From assembly GCA_036259475.1 (NCBI GenBank), contig DATABS010000094.1, forward strand, positions 11,801 to 75,800: a stretch of 64,000 nt of DNA. The letters are read 5' to 3'. This DNA is from Acidimicrobiia bacterium (GTDB lineage Bacteria; Actinomycetota; Acidimicrobiia; Spongiisociales; ZC4RG35). The notes under the pieces were generated by a model, which saw only the letters and a list, made by a program, of their open reading frames with translations, did no database searches and was not told the origin of the DNA. Each line of letters starts with the position of its first letter. Position 1 is the first letter of the stretch. Positions 47,384 to 56,656 of this stretch are shown here, piece by piece. A program made the position numbers and the translations under genes.

Positions 47384-47992
47384 ATGACGGATTCGGCGGA
47401 GCAGGAGAGAGGCGATCGCCGGTCGGAGTTGCTACGGACGGTGTACCGGGTGATGGCCCGTGGAGGTGTTCACCGGGTGCCGTTGCAGACCATCGCCGAG
47501 GAGGCGGGCGTCTCCAAGGGCCTACTCCTGTATCACTTCGATACCAAGGACGCCATGGTGGTGGAGGCGATGCAGTGGGTCCTGGAGGCGACGGAGGCGC
47601 GGATCCGTCAGCACATCAAGGAGGCGGAGGGGACCGACCGGATCCTGGAAGCGATTCTCGAGGCCATTTGGATCGACGCCGAGGCCAACCGGGACTTCTT
47701 CCGGTTCTATCTGGATGGCGTCGAGCATCAGGCGCGATCCCCCCAATTCGAAGAGTTCGGAGACCGCGGGAGGAGTGTGATCAATCGTCTCTATGAGGAG
47801 GTGATCTCCGATGGGGCCGCCCGGGGTCTGTTCTCGGTTACCGACGCCGCCTCGGCGGCGACCGAGATGCGGGCGGTGATCGAAGGGATGTTCCTGCAGT
47901 GGCTTCAGCGCCGCGACTGGAGGGAGGCGCATGCCGGCTACAAGCAGATGTGTCTGGAAGCCGTGTCGACCCTGCTAGGACCGCCGGGATGA
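47384..47992 (+). CDS. TetR family transcriptional regulator (likely regulator of the downstream box/pob/pca operon)
   Basis: HTH LQTIAEEAGVSKGLLLYHFDTKDAMV; position heading the aromatic catabolic operon. Confidence 0.8.
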   Translation: MTDSAEQERGDRRSELLRTVYRVMARGGVHRVPLQTIAEEAGVSKGLLLYHFDTKDAMVVEAMQWVLEATEARIRQHIKEAEGTDRILEAILEAIWIDAEANRDFFRFYLDGVEHQARSPQFEEFGDRGRSVINRLYEEVISDGAARGLFSVTDAASAATEMRAVIEGMFLQWLQRRDWREAHAGYKQMCLEAVSTLLGPPG

Positions 47993-48038
47993 GCCTCGGC
48001 CGCTTGTCCTGACTGTCCGGTCAGTCTAATCTCGGCGG

Positions 48039-49688
48039 GTGATCGATTTCCAGACTCACCCGGACGATTATCGACACTGGAGGCTCCAGGTGGTGGGTCG
48101 AGTCGCTTACCTGAACATGGCGGTCGATGCGAACGCCGGGCTCCACCCGGGCTACGAGCTGAAGCTCAATTCCTACGACCTCGGAGTGGACATCGAACTG
48201 GCCGACGCCGTCCAGCGACTGCGCTTCGAGCACCCCGCGGTCGGCGCAGTGGTGATCGGATCGCAACTCGACCGGGTGTTTTGCGCCGGTGCCAACATCG
48301 GGATGCTGGCTGGCGCCGCTCATGCGCTAAAGGTCAATTTCTGCAAGTTCACCAACGAGACCCGAACTGCCATCGAAGACGCCACTGCCAACTCCGCGCA
48401 GCGCTATATCGCCGCCGTCAACGGCAACGCCGCCGGAGGTGGTTACGAACTGGCGTTGGCCACCGACCACATCATGTTGGTGGACGATCGCAGTGCATCG
48501 GTGTCCCTTCCGGAGGTGCCGCTGCTCGGCGTGCTTCCCGGCACCGGTGGCCTCACCCGCCTGACGGACAAGCGCCACGTCCGTCGCGATAGGGCCGACA
48601 TCTTCTGCACGCTCGAAGAGGGCATCAAAGGATCCAAGGCCCTCGAGTGGGGGCTGGTCGACGAGCTGGTGCCGGCGCCCTCCTTCGCCGAGGTGGTGGC
48701 AGACAGGGCCTTCACCTTCGCCGAGGAAAGCCCCCGTCCAGTGGTCGCTGAGGCAGTCAGCTTGACGCCACTCGAACGCGACATCGCCGACGACGCCGTC
48801 ATCTACTCCTCAGTCAGCTGCGAGATCGATCGTTCCCGGCGGACGGCATCGATCGTCCTGCGGGGGCCGACCGAGACGCCGCCCGTCGACGGGGATGAGG
48901 CGGTTGGACGAGGGGCCGAATTCTGGCCACTTCGACTGGCGAGGGAACTCGACGACCTCATCCTGCATCTGCGCGTCAACGAACTCGAGATCGGAACCCT
49001 GCTCCTTCGGTCAGAAGGTGACCTCGACGTCGTGCTCGCCCACGACGCCTTCTCCCTCCAAAATATCGACCACTGGTTCGTCAACGAGGTGACGTTGCAC
49101 TGGGCCAGAGTCCTGCGGCGCCTCGACATGACGTCGCGGACGATCATTGCGTTGGTCGAGCCGGGCAGCTGTTTCGGCGGCATGCTCGCCGATCTCACCC
49201 TGGCGGCCGATCGCTCCTACATGCTGGAGGGCTCGTGGTCGGGTGAAGGCGGCGCCACGGCGAACCTGGCCTTCACCGAGACGAGCCGAGGGCGCCTTCC
49301 CATGGCCAACGGGCTCTCCCGCCTCGCCACCCGCTTCTGGGGCAACGATGAAGGGCTCGACCGGGCCGAGGCGGCGATCGGTGAGAAACTCGACGCCGTC
49401 GCCGCCGCCGAGGCGGGTTTGGTGACCGACATCATGGACGACCTCGATTGGGACGACGAGCTGCGCATGCTGATCGAGGAGCGCGCCGCCTTCTCTCCCG
49501 ACGGCCTCACCGGACTCGAGGCGAACCTGCGTTTCGTAGGCCCCGAGACGATGGACACGAAGATATTCGGCCGCCTCACAGCATGGCAGAACTGGGTGTT
49601 CCAGCGACCCAACGCATCTGGAGAGTCCGGGGCCCTGCGTCGCTACGGAACCGGAATCCGGCCGGAGTTCGACCCGAGGAGAGTCTGA
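48039..49688 (+). CDS. boxC: benzoyl-CoA-dihydrodiol lyase-like (BoxC; double crotonase-fold, 549 aa)
   Basis: crotonase motif AAVNGNAAGGGYELALATDH; N-terminal FQTHPDDYRHWRL...LKLNSYDLGVDIEL; size about 550 aa; immediately followed by a BoxB-like di-iron protein. Confidence 0.7.
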   Translation: MIDFQTHPDDYRHWRLQVVGRVAYLNMAVDANAGLHPGYELKLNSYDLGVDIELADAVQRLRFEHPAVGAVVIGSQLDRVFCAGANIGMLAGAAHALKVNFCKFTNETRTAIEDATANSAQRYIAAVNGNAAGGGYELALATDHIMLVDDRSASVSLPEVPLLGVLPGTGGLTRLTDKRHVRRDRADIFCTLEEGIKGSKALEWGLVDELVPAPSFAEVVADRAFTFAEESPRPVVAEAVSLTPLERDIADDAVIYSSVSCEIDRSRRTASIVLRGPTETPPVDGDEAVGRGAEFWPLRLARELDDLILHLRVNELEIGTLLLRSEGDLDVVLAHDAFSLQNIDHWFVNEVTLHWARVLRRLDMTSRTIIALVEPGSCFGGMLADLTLAADRSYMLEGSWSGEGGATANLAFTETSRGRLPMANGLSRLATRFWGNDEGLDRAEAAIGEKLDAVAAAEAGLVTDIMDDLDWDDELRMLIEERAAFSPDGLTGLEANLRFVGPETMDTKIFGRLTAWQNWVFQRPNASGESGALRRYGTGIRPEFDPRRV

Positions 49689-51130
49689 TGGCGTGGCAAG
49701 ATGTGGACTATGCGGCGTTGATCCCCAACAACGTCGGGCTGGGCGAGGACCCCAAGCTGCAGCGGGCTCTCGAAGCGTGGCATCCCGGCTACATCGACTG
49801 GTGGATGTCGATGGGCCCGGAAGGGTTCCAGATGAACGACGTCTACCTCCGGACCGCCGTCAGCGTCGAGAAGGAAGGGTGGGCGAAGTTCGACTTCGTC
49901 AAGATGCCGGAGTACCGATGGGGGATACTGCTCGCCCCCGAGGTCGAGGACCGGCGCATCCCCTGTGGGGAGCACGTCGGAGAGCCGGTCTGGCAGGAGG
50001 TGCCGGGCGAATACCGTTCGATGCTGCGCCGCTTGATCGTCATCCAGGGTGACACCGAGCCGGCCTCCGTAGAACAGCAACGCCACCTGGGAAGCACTGC
50101 TCCCTCCCTCTACGACATGCGCAACCTGTTCCAGGTGAACGTCGAGGAGGGCCGTCACCTGTGGGCGATGGTCTACCTGCTCCACAAGTACTTCGGCCGC
50201 GACGGGAGGGCCGAAGCCGACGATCTGCTGCGGCGTCAATCCGGTAGCGAAGAACAGCCCCGCATGCTCGGTGCCTTCAACGAGGAGACTCCCGACTGGC
50301 TCTCGTTCTTCATGTTCACCTACTTCACCGACCGGGACGGCAAGATGCAGCTCGAAGCTCTCGCCCAATCGGGCTTCGACCCGTTGTCGCGCACGTGCCG
50401 TTTCATGCTGGCCGAGGAAGCCCACCACATGTTCGTGGGCTACACGGGCGTCAAGCGGATCGTGGAGGCGACTTCCCGGGCCATGGCCGAGGCCGGGATA
50501 GACGATCCATATGACACCGAGCCGATCCGCGCTCTCGGAGTGATCGACCTCCCGACCATCCAACGCAAGACCAACCTGCACTATTCGCTCACCCTCGACC
50601 TCTTCGGCTCCGAGGAGTCGACCAACGCCGCCAACTTCTTCAACGCCGGGGTGAAGGGGCGCTTCCACGAGCACCGAATCGACGACGACCATCAGCTGCG
50701 GGATTCGACCTACCCGGTGGCCAAGCTGGTGGATGGAGAGCTTCGCTCTGTCGAGGTTCCCGCCCTCAACGCCCTCAACGCCCGCTTGCGCGACGACTTC
50801 ATGGACGATTGCCTCGGTGGCATCGCGCGCTGGAACCGCGCCATCGCCGACCTCGGTATCGAATTCGAGATCACGCTGCCCCACGTCGCCTTCAATCGGA
50901 TGATCGGTGAGTTGGCTGATCTGCATGTCTCACCCGACGGCCGGGTGTTGAGCGGCGAAGAGTTCACCGCCTCGCGGGACAACTGGCTGCCGACTGCCGA
51001 TGATCGGGCTTTCATCGAGAGCCTGATGCAGCCTCATTTCGAGCCGGGTAAGTTCGCTCCATGGATCGCCCCGCCGAGCCGTGGGATCAACAACCAGCCG
51101 ACCGATTACGAGTACGTGAAGCTCCCTTGA
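49688..51130 (+). CDS. boxB: benzoyl-CoA 2,3-epoxidase subunit B-like di-iron oxygenase (BoxB)
   Basis: about 480 aa with di-iron carboxylate ligand motifs (EEGRHLWAMVYLL, LAEEAHHMF); ATG shares 1 nt with the boxC TGA. Confidence 0.7.
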   Translation: MAWQDVDYAALIPNNVGLGEDPKLQRALEAWHPGYIDWWMSMGPEGFQMNDVYLRTAVSVEKEGWAKFDFVKMPEYRWGILLAPEVEDRRIPCGEHVGEPVWQEVPGEYRSMLRRLIVIQGDTEPASVEQQRHLGSTAPSLYDMRNLFQVNVEEGRHLWAMVYLLHKYFGRDGRAEADDLLRRQSGSEEQPRMLGAFNEETPDWLSFFMFTYFTDRDGKMQLEALAQSGFDPLSRTCRFMLAEEAHHMFVGYTGVKRIVEATSRAMAEAGIDDPYDTEPIRALGVIDLPTIQRKTNLHYSLTLDLFGSEESTNAANFFNAGVKGRFHEHRIDDDHQLRDSTYPVAKLVDGELRSVEVPALNALNARLRDDFMDDCLGGIARWNRAIADLGIEFEITLPHVAFNRMIGELADLHVSPDGRVLSGEEFTASRDNWLPTADDRAFIESLMQPHFEPGKFAPWIAPPSRGINNQPTDYEYVKLP

Positions 51131-52308
51131 CCACCTCCTCCGCAACGAAGGTCGTCATCGTTGGCGGGGGGCCGGCCGGGACTTTGCTCTCCCACATCCT
51201 CGACAGCCACGGCATCGACAACGTCGTCCTCGAGTTGCGAAGCCGGGATTACGTTCTCGGCAGGATCCGGGCCGGAGTGATCGAGCAGGGCAGCGCCGAC
51301 CTGCTCCGCAAATACGGTGTCGCGAACAGGATGGATCACGAAGGCTTTTCCCACGAGGGGGTGAACCTGGCCTGGGCGGGACGCCTCTTCCGCGTCGACT
51401 TCGTCGGTTTGACCGGGTCCCTGGTCACGATCTACGGGCAGACACAGATCCAAAGGGACCTCTACGAGGCCCGGGACGCCGCCGACGCCACCGTGGTGTT
51501 CGAGGCCGAGAACGTCACCCTCCACGATCTCGACACCAACCGGCCCTCCGTGACATACGAGGTGAGAGGAGAGCGCCAGACCGTCCAATGCGAGTTCGTC
51601 GCCGGTTGTGACGGAACCCACGGCACGTCGAGTTCTTACATCCCCGCCGAGCTGGTCAAGACTTATGAGAACGTCTATCCGTTCGGCTGGCTCGGGATCC
51701 TGTCAGAGACGCCTCCCATCAACGATGAACTGATCTACGCCAACCATCCTCGCGGTTTCGCCCTCTGCTCGATGCGCGACCCTCTCCTGAGCCGCTATTA
51801 CATCCAGTGCCCCCTCGACACGGACCTGGAGGCGTGGCCCGACGACCGTTTCTGGGAAGAGCTGGGGAAGCGTCTCCCGGCGCAGGTGGCCGAGACGCTC
51901 GTGACGGGGCCTTCGATCGACAAGTCCGTCACCCCGCTGGCGAGCGTGGTGAGAGAGCCGATGCAGCACGGGAAGCTGTTCCTGGCGGGTGACGCCGCTC
52001 ATGTGGTGCCACCCACCGGTGCCAAGGGGCTCAACCTGGCGATCTCGGACATCTATCACCTGTCTGCCGCCCTGATCGAGTACTACGAGAGCGGATCCAT
52101 GGCCGCGCTGGACTGCTACACGGAACGTGCACTGACGCGCGTCTGGAAGGCGGTGCGCTTCTCGTGGTGGATGACCAACCTCATGCATCAGTTCCCCGGC
52201 GAAGGCGCCTTTGCCTTGAAGATGCAGGAGGCCGAGCTCGGCTACCTAGCGTCATCGACGGCTGCGCAGACTGCCCTCGCCGAGAACTACGTTGGTCTTC
52301 CCTTCTGA
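51127..52308 (+). CDS. pobA: 4-hydroxybenzoate 3-monooxygenase
   Basis: very close match to the canonical PobA pattern (VVIVGGGPAGTLLSHIL, DYVLGRIRAGV(I/L)EQG, YPFGWLG(I/L)L, ANHPRGFALCS, GDAAH(V/I)VPPTGAKGLNLA, ENYVGLP(F/Y)); TTG start overlapping the boxB stop. Confidence 0.85.
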   Translation: MTTSSATKVVIVGGGPAGTLLSHILDSHGIDNVVLELRSRDYVLGRIRAGVIEQGSADLLRKYGVANRMDHEGFSHEGVNLAWAGRLFRVDFVGLTGSLVTIYGQTQIQRDLYEARDAADATVVFEAENVTLHDLDTNRPSVTYEVRGERQTVQCEFVAGCDGTHGTSSSYIPAELVKTYENVYPFGWLGILSETPPINDELIYANHPRGFALCSMRDPLLSRYYIQCPLDTDLEAWPDDRFWEELGKRLPAQVAETLVTGPSIDKSVTPLASVVREPMQHGKLFLAGDAAHVVPPTGAKGLNLAISDIYHLSAALIEYYESGSMAALDCYTERALTRVWKAVRFSWWMTNLMHQFPGEGAFALKMQEAELGYLASSTAAQTALAENYVGLPF

Positions 52309-52319
52309 GAGAGGCATGG

Positions 52320-52688
52320 ATGGACGCATACGAACGCGGCATGGTGACCCGGCGAGAAGTGTTGGGCGACGCCCATGTCGATCGAGCAGTGGCCGCCACC
52401 GATGATCTGGACGCCGGCTTCCAGCGCTGGATCACGGAGAACGTCTGGAACGGTGTCTGGTCCCGCCCCAACCTCGACCGGCGCACCCGCAGTCTGGTGA
52501 CTATCGCCATCCTCGCTTCCCTGGGGGCAGACGAACTGCGCCTTCACCTGGAGGCGGCCACCAACACCGGTACGACCCCCGAGGAGATCGCCGAGGTGCT
52601 GATGCACGTCGGGGTTTACGCTGGCGTCCCCGCGGCCCACTCGGCGTTCAAGCTGGCCAAGGAGATACACGGAGGCACAGATGACTGA
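52320..52688 (+). CDS. pcaC: 4-carboxymuconolactone decarboxylase
   Basis: CMD-family 122-aa protein (WSRPNLDRRTRSLVTIAILA, HVGVYAGVP). Confidence 0.8.
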   Translation: MDAYERGMVTRREVLGDAHVDRAVAATDDLDAGFQRWITENVWNGVWSRPNLDRRTRSLVTIAILASLGADELRLHLEAATNTGTTPEEIAEVLMHVGVYAGVPAAHSAFKLAKEIHGGTDD

Positions 52689-53400
52689 ACAGGCGCTGAG
52701 GCGCTACCGGAGCCGGGACTACAGCGACCACCCCCCGTTTTCGTATCCGGAGTACAAGTCCACGGTCAAGCGTGCGCCGCAGAAGAGCATGGTTTCGATC
52801 ATCCAGACCCTCACCGAGACGACGGGACCGGGACCGGTCTGGAGCGAGGTCGCCGAAGAAGACTCCGACCTCACGACTAACGCCGGGACCGGCCATCCCG
52901 CCATCGGCGAACGGATGATCCTGACCGGCCGGGTGCTCGACGAGGACGGGCAGGCCGTCCCGTCCACTCTGGTGGAGATCTGGCAGACGAACGCCGCCGG
53001 ACGCTACGTCCACTGGCGCGAATCGGAGTTCCCGGCGCCCCTCGATCCGAACTTCCTCGGTGTCGGGCGGGCCCTCACCGACAGCGACGGCGTCTACCGG
53101 TTCACCACCATCCGCCCCGGGGCGTATCCCTGGGGCAACCACCCCAACGCCTGGAGGCCCTCCCACATCCACTTCTCGCTCATGGGTCCTTCCCTCGGCA
53201 GTCGCCTCATCACCCAGATGTACTTCCCCGGTGACCCGTTGCTGGCACTCGACCCCATTTACAACTCGGTGCCCGCCCACTCCCGGGAACGGATGGTCGC
53301 CACATACGACCACGACATCACCCAAGAGAACTTCGCGCTCGGGTACCGCTGGGACATCGTGCTGCGTGGCTCGGGAACGGCGCCGGCAGGGGAAAGATGA
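52681..53400 (+). CDS. pcaH: protocatechuate 3,4-dioxygenase beta subunit
   Basis: intradiol dioxygenase pattern (GRYVHWRE, WRPSHIHFSL, YFPGDPL). Confidence 0.9.
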   Translation: MTEQALRRYRSRDYSDHPPFSYPEYKSTVKRAPQKSMVSIIQTLTETTGPGPVWSEVAEEDSDLTTNAGTGHPAIGERMILTGRVLDEDGQAVPSTLVEIWQTNAAGRYVHWRESEFPAPLDPNFLGVGRALTDSDGVYRFTTIRPGAYPWGNHPNAWRPSHIHFSLMGPSLGSRLITQMYFPGDPLLALDPIYNSVPAHSRERMVATYDHDITQENFALGYRWDIVLRGSGTAPAGER

Positions 53401-53401
53401 G

Positions 53402-53974
53402 ATGACCGTCGGCCTCACCCCTTCCCAGACCGTCGGGCCATACTTTTCGATGGCCCTGGCACATCCGGGCGAGAATTTGTTGGTCGGCCCCGACGATGAC
53501 AGCCGAATCAGGATCGAAGGATTCGTCTACGACGGCGAGGGAAACCACGTCGAAGATGCCCTGCTCGAGATCTGGCAGGCCGACGCCAAGGGCAACTATC
53601 GGCATCCCGACGACGCCGGCCCGCAGGCGGCCGACGGGTTCCGCGGCTTCGGACGGGCGTTGAGCGACTTCGAGACCGGCCGCTACTTCTTCGAGACGGT
53701 CAAACCGGGGCCCGTGCCAGACCCGGAAGGCGAGATGCAGGCTCCGCACATCGCGCTCGTCGTCCAGGGCAGGGGAATCCTCAATCCTTACTTCACCCGG
53801 ATCTACTTCGCCGACGAGGCGGACGCCAACCAGCACGACCTCGTGCTGGGGATGGTGCCTCGGGATCGCCGCTCCACCCTCATCGCCCGGCCGGTGGAGA
53901 ACACCACCCCACCCTGCTACCGGTTCGATATTCGACTACAGGGCGAGGGCGAGACCGTCTTCTTCGATTTCTGA
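53402..53974 (+). CDS. pcaG: protocatechuate 3,4-dioxygenase alpha subunit
   Basis: TPSQTVGPYF N-terminus and intradiol alpha-subunit pattern; ATG at 53402 just after the pcaH stop. Confidence 0.85.
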   Translation: MTVGLTPSQTVGPYFSMALAHPGENLLVGPDDDSRIRIEGFVYDGEGNHVEDALLEIWQADAKGNYRHPDDAGPQAADGFRGFGRALSDFETGRYFFETVKPGPVPDPEGEMQAPHIALVVQGRGILNPYFTRIYFADEADANQHDLVLGMVPRDRRSTLIARPVENTTPPCYRFDIRLQGEGETVFFDF

Positions 53975-54783
53975 TGGCGGAGTTCGTCTCACTCCAGGAG
54001 GCAATAGCCTCTTGGGTTACGGACGGGGACGTCGTCGCCCTCGAGGGATTCACCCACCTGATCCCATTCGCGGCGGGCCACGAGATCATCCGGCAGGGCA
54101 GAAGAGATCTCACCCTGATCCGGATGACACCCGACCTCGTCTACGACCAGATGATCGGGATGGGATGCGCCCGCAAACTCGTCTTCTCATGGGGCGGAAA
54201 CCCGGGGGTCGGCTCACTGCATCGCTTTCGGGACGCGGTGGAGAACGGCCATCCGGTACCGCTGGAGATCGAGGAACACAGTCACGCCGCCATGGCCGAC
54301 GCCTGGGCGGCGGGAGCGTCCGGCCTCCCGTTCGCCTTGCTTCGGGGATACCGAGGGACCAGCCTGACCGAGTTAGGCTCCACGGTCCGCTCGGTGACCT
54401 GCCCTTTCACCGGCGAAGAGCTGGCGGCAGTGGCTGCCCACCGTCCGGATGTCGGCATCATCCACGCCCAGCGAGCCGACCGACGGGGCAACGTCCTGGT
54501 GGAGGGCATAGTCGGAATCCAGAAGGAAACCGTGTTGGCTTCGGCTGCCTCGGTCGTCACGGTCGAGGAGGTGGTGGACGAACTGGCCGCTCCGAGCCTC
54601 AACAGCGTCGTGATCCCCGGATGGACGATCGACGCCATTGCCGTGGTGCCAGGTGGCGCCCGCCCCTCCTATGCCCACGGCTACTACCCGCGGGACAACT
54701 CCTTCTATCAGGAGTGGGACGCCATTTCGCGGGACCGGAATCGATTCGACCGGTGGATGCAACAGAACGTGATCGGGACATGA
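53974..54783 (+). CDS. pcaI: 3-oxoadipate CoA-transferase subunit A (GctA-type CoA-transferase alpha)
   Basis: CoA-transferase family I alpha subunit pattern; operon position. Confidence 0.75.
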   Translation: MAEFVSLQEAIASWVTDGDVVALEGFTHLIPFAAGHEIIRQGRRDLTLIRMTPDLVYDQMIGMGCARKLVFSWGGNPGVGSLHRFRDAVENGHPVPLEIEEHSHAAMADAWAAGASGLPFALLRGYRGTSLTELGSTVRSVTCPFTGEELAAVAAHRPDVGIIHAQRADRRGNVLVEGIVGIQKETVLASAASVVTVEEVVDELAAPSLNSVVIPGWTIDAIAVVPGGARPSYAHGYYPRDNSFYQEWDAISRDRNRFDRWMQQNVIGT

Positions 54784-55553
54784 GCGAATGGACCGCCCCC
54801 GAGATGATGGTGGTCGCCGCCGCCCGGGCACTCACCAACGACGATGTGTGTTTCGTCGGCATCGGGACCCCGTCGGAAGCATGCAACCTGGCCCGCTTGA
54901 CCCATGCCCCCCACCTGACGCTCATCTACGAGTCGGGGACGATCGGGGCGCGACCCGACGTGCTGCCTCTTTCCATCGGCGACGGCGATCTGTCGGAGAC
55001 GGCGGTCACGACCGTGTCGGTGCCGGAAATGTTCCGATATTGGCTTCAGGGCGGCCGCATCACGATCGGTTTCCTGGGAGCAGCCCAGATGGACCGATTC
55101 GGCAACATCAACACCACCGTGATCGGCGACTACGACCGGCCGTCGGTCCGGCTTCCCGGCGGAGGCGGTGCGCCGGAGATCGCCACGTCGTGCGGCGAGG
55201 TCTTTATCACGGCGAGCCACTCGCCTCGCGCCCTCGTCGAGAAGGTCGACTTCATCACGTCACTCGGCTTCGGGCGCGACGGCCGGGAGCGGGAGCGGCT
55301 CGGGATCACCACCAAGGGGCCGACCCTGGTCGTGACGGACCTGTGCACCATGCGGCCCGAGCAGGGGACCAATGAGCTGATCGTCGAGAATCTCCATCCC
55401 GGAGTCAGCCGCTCGGATGTCATCGACGCCACCGGGTGGAAGGTGCGCTTCGCCGACCAAGTGGGGGAAACACCGCCCCCGACTGTCGAAGAGCTGGAGG
55501 TCTTGCGTGATCTCAAGGCGAGGACCGAAGCGGCCCACGGGGGCGCATCATGA
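54780..55553 (+). CDS. pcaJ: 3-oxoadipate CoA-transferase subunit B
   Basis: beta-subunit pattern (GIGTPSEACNLA..., ESG..G); ATGA overlap with pcaI. Confidence 0.75.
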   Translation: MSEWTAPEMMVVAAARALTNDDVCFVGIGTPSEACNLARLTHAPHLTLIYESGTIGARPDVLPLSIGDGDLSETAVTTVSVPEMFRYWLQGGRITIGFLGAAQMDRFGNINTTVIGDYDRPSVRLPGGGGAPEIATSCGEVFITASHSPRALVEKVDFITSLGFGRDGRERERLGITTKGPTLVVTDLCTMRPEQGTNELIVENLHPGVSRSDVIDATGWKVRFADQVGETPPPTVEELEVLRDLKARTEAAHGGAS

Positions 55554-56656
55554 CGATCGACCCCGGATTCACGACTCAAGAAATGAGGCGTGTCTTCTCC
55601 GCCGAGTCGCGGATCTCACTGATGTGCCGGTTCGAGTCGGCGCTAGCCGAGGCGCAGGCGGAACTGGGCATCGTCCCGGCGCAAGCAGCCCGGGCGATCG
55701 CCAATGCCTGCTCCAACCCGCGGGGAGATGCCGACGCCATTCTGAGGCGGGGCTGGGAGACGGGGACACCGGTCCTGGCGTTGCTCGACGACCTTCGAAC
55801 TGGACTCTCCGAGGAGGACGGCAGATGGCTCCACCACGGCGCCACCACCCAGGACGTGGCGGACACTGCGCTGATGCTCCAGTGCCAAGCCGCCCTGCAG
55901 AGTCTCGATGGTGACCTCACCGCCGCCGCCGACCGCCTGGCGGAGCTGGCCGACGTCTACCGGGAAACCGCCGCCCTGGCCCGCACGTTCTATCAGCCGG
56001 CGGTGACGACGAGCTTCGGTAGCCGCGTGGCCGGATGGCTCCATCCGCTGGTACTGGTCCGTCGCGACTCTCGTCGACTGTCAGAGCGGCTCCCCATCCA
56101 GCTAGGAGGTCCGGTGGGTGACCTGGTCTCTTACGGCGACGGCGCCTTCACCCTCGGCGACCGGGTTGCCGCCCGTTTGGGGCTGGTTGGGGCGGTGCCC
56201 TGGCACACCGATCGATGGCCGGTCCAGGAAGTGGCTGGGTTGCTGGCGCGGGCCGCATCCGCCTGCTCCAAGATCGCCACCGACGTGGCGGTCCTGGCTG
56301 CCGACGGTGAGGTACGGGTTCGATCGGGAAGGTCGTCCTCCATGTCGGGCAAGGAGAACCCGGTCGACGCGATGCGGTCGGAGGCGGCGGCGCAGGTGTG
56401 CAAGGTGGTCGTGTCGGGGCTCGTGGCTCCACCGTCCCACGTACTCGAGCGGGGGATGGGGCCCTGGCATGCCGAGTGGGCCCTGATTCCCCTCGCCTTC
56501 CAAACCGCCGGGGCATCGGCCGCAGCGATCGCCCTTTGCCTCGATTCCCTCGAGGTCGGTGTGGAAGCCATGAAAGCGGCGGCCGGCGGTGAGGCGCCCG
56601 CCGACGCCGGACTGATCGAGCGGGTCGTTACCGCCCACCGGGAACTCGAAGGATGA
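55550..56656 (+). CDS. pcaB: 3-carboxy-cis,cis-muconate cycloisomerase (fumarate-lyase superfamily)
   Basis: lyase class II signature region GRSSSMSGKENPVDAMRSE; ATGA overlap with pcaJ. Confidence 0.75.
   Translation: MTIDPGFTTQEMRRVFSAESRISLMCRFESALAEAQAELGIVPAQAARAIANACSNPRGDADAILRRGWETGTPVLALLDDLRTGLSEEDGRWLHHGATTQDVADTALMLQCQAALQSLDGDLTAAADRLAELADVYRETAALARTFYQPAVTTSFGSRVAGWLHPLVLVRRDSRRLSERLPIQLGGPVGDLVSYGDGAFTLGDRVAARLGLVGAVPWHTDRWPVQEVAGLLARAASACSKIATDVAVLAADGEVRVRSGRSSSMSGKENPVDAMRSEAAAQVCKVVVSGLVAPPSHVLERGMGPWHAEWALIPLAFQTAGASAAAIALCLDSLEVGVEAMKAAAGGEAPADAGLIERVVTAHRELEG

Noticed and set aside
54012-55553. 513-aa plus-strand ORF spanning pcaI
   Set aside because: The first about 256 codons are an alternate frame across pcaI with no homology-like features. 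The real pcaJ starts at the ATG at 54780 (ATGA overlap).
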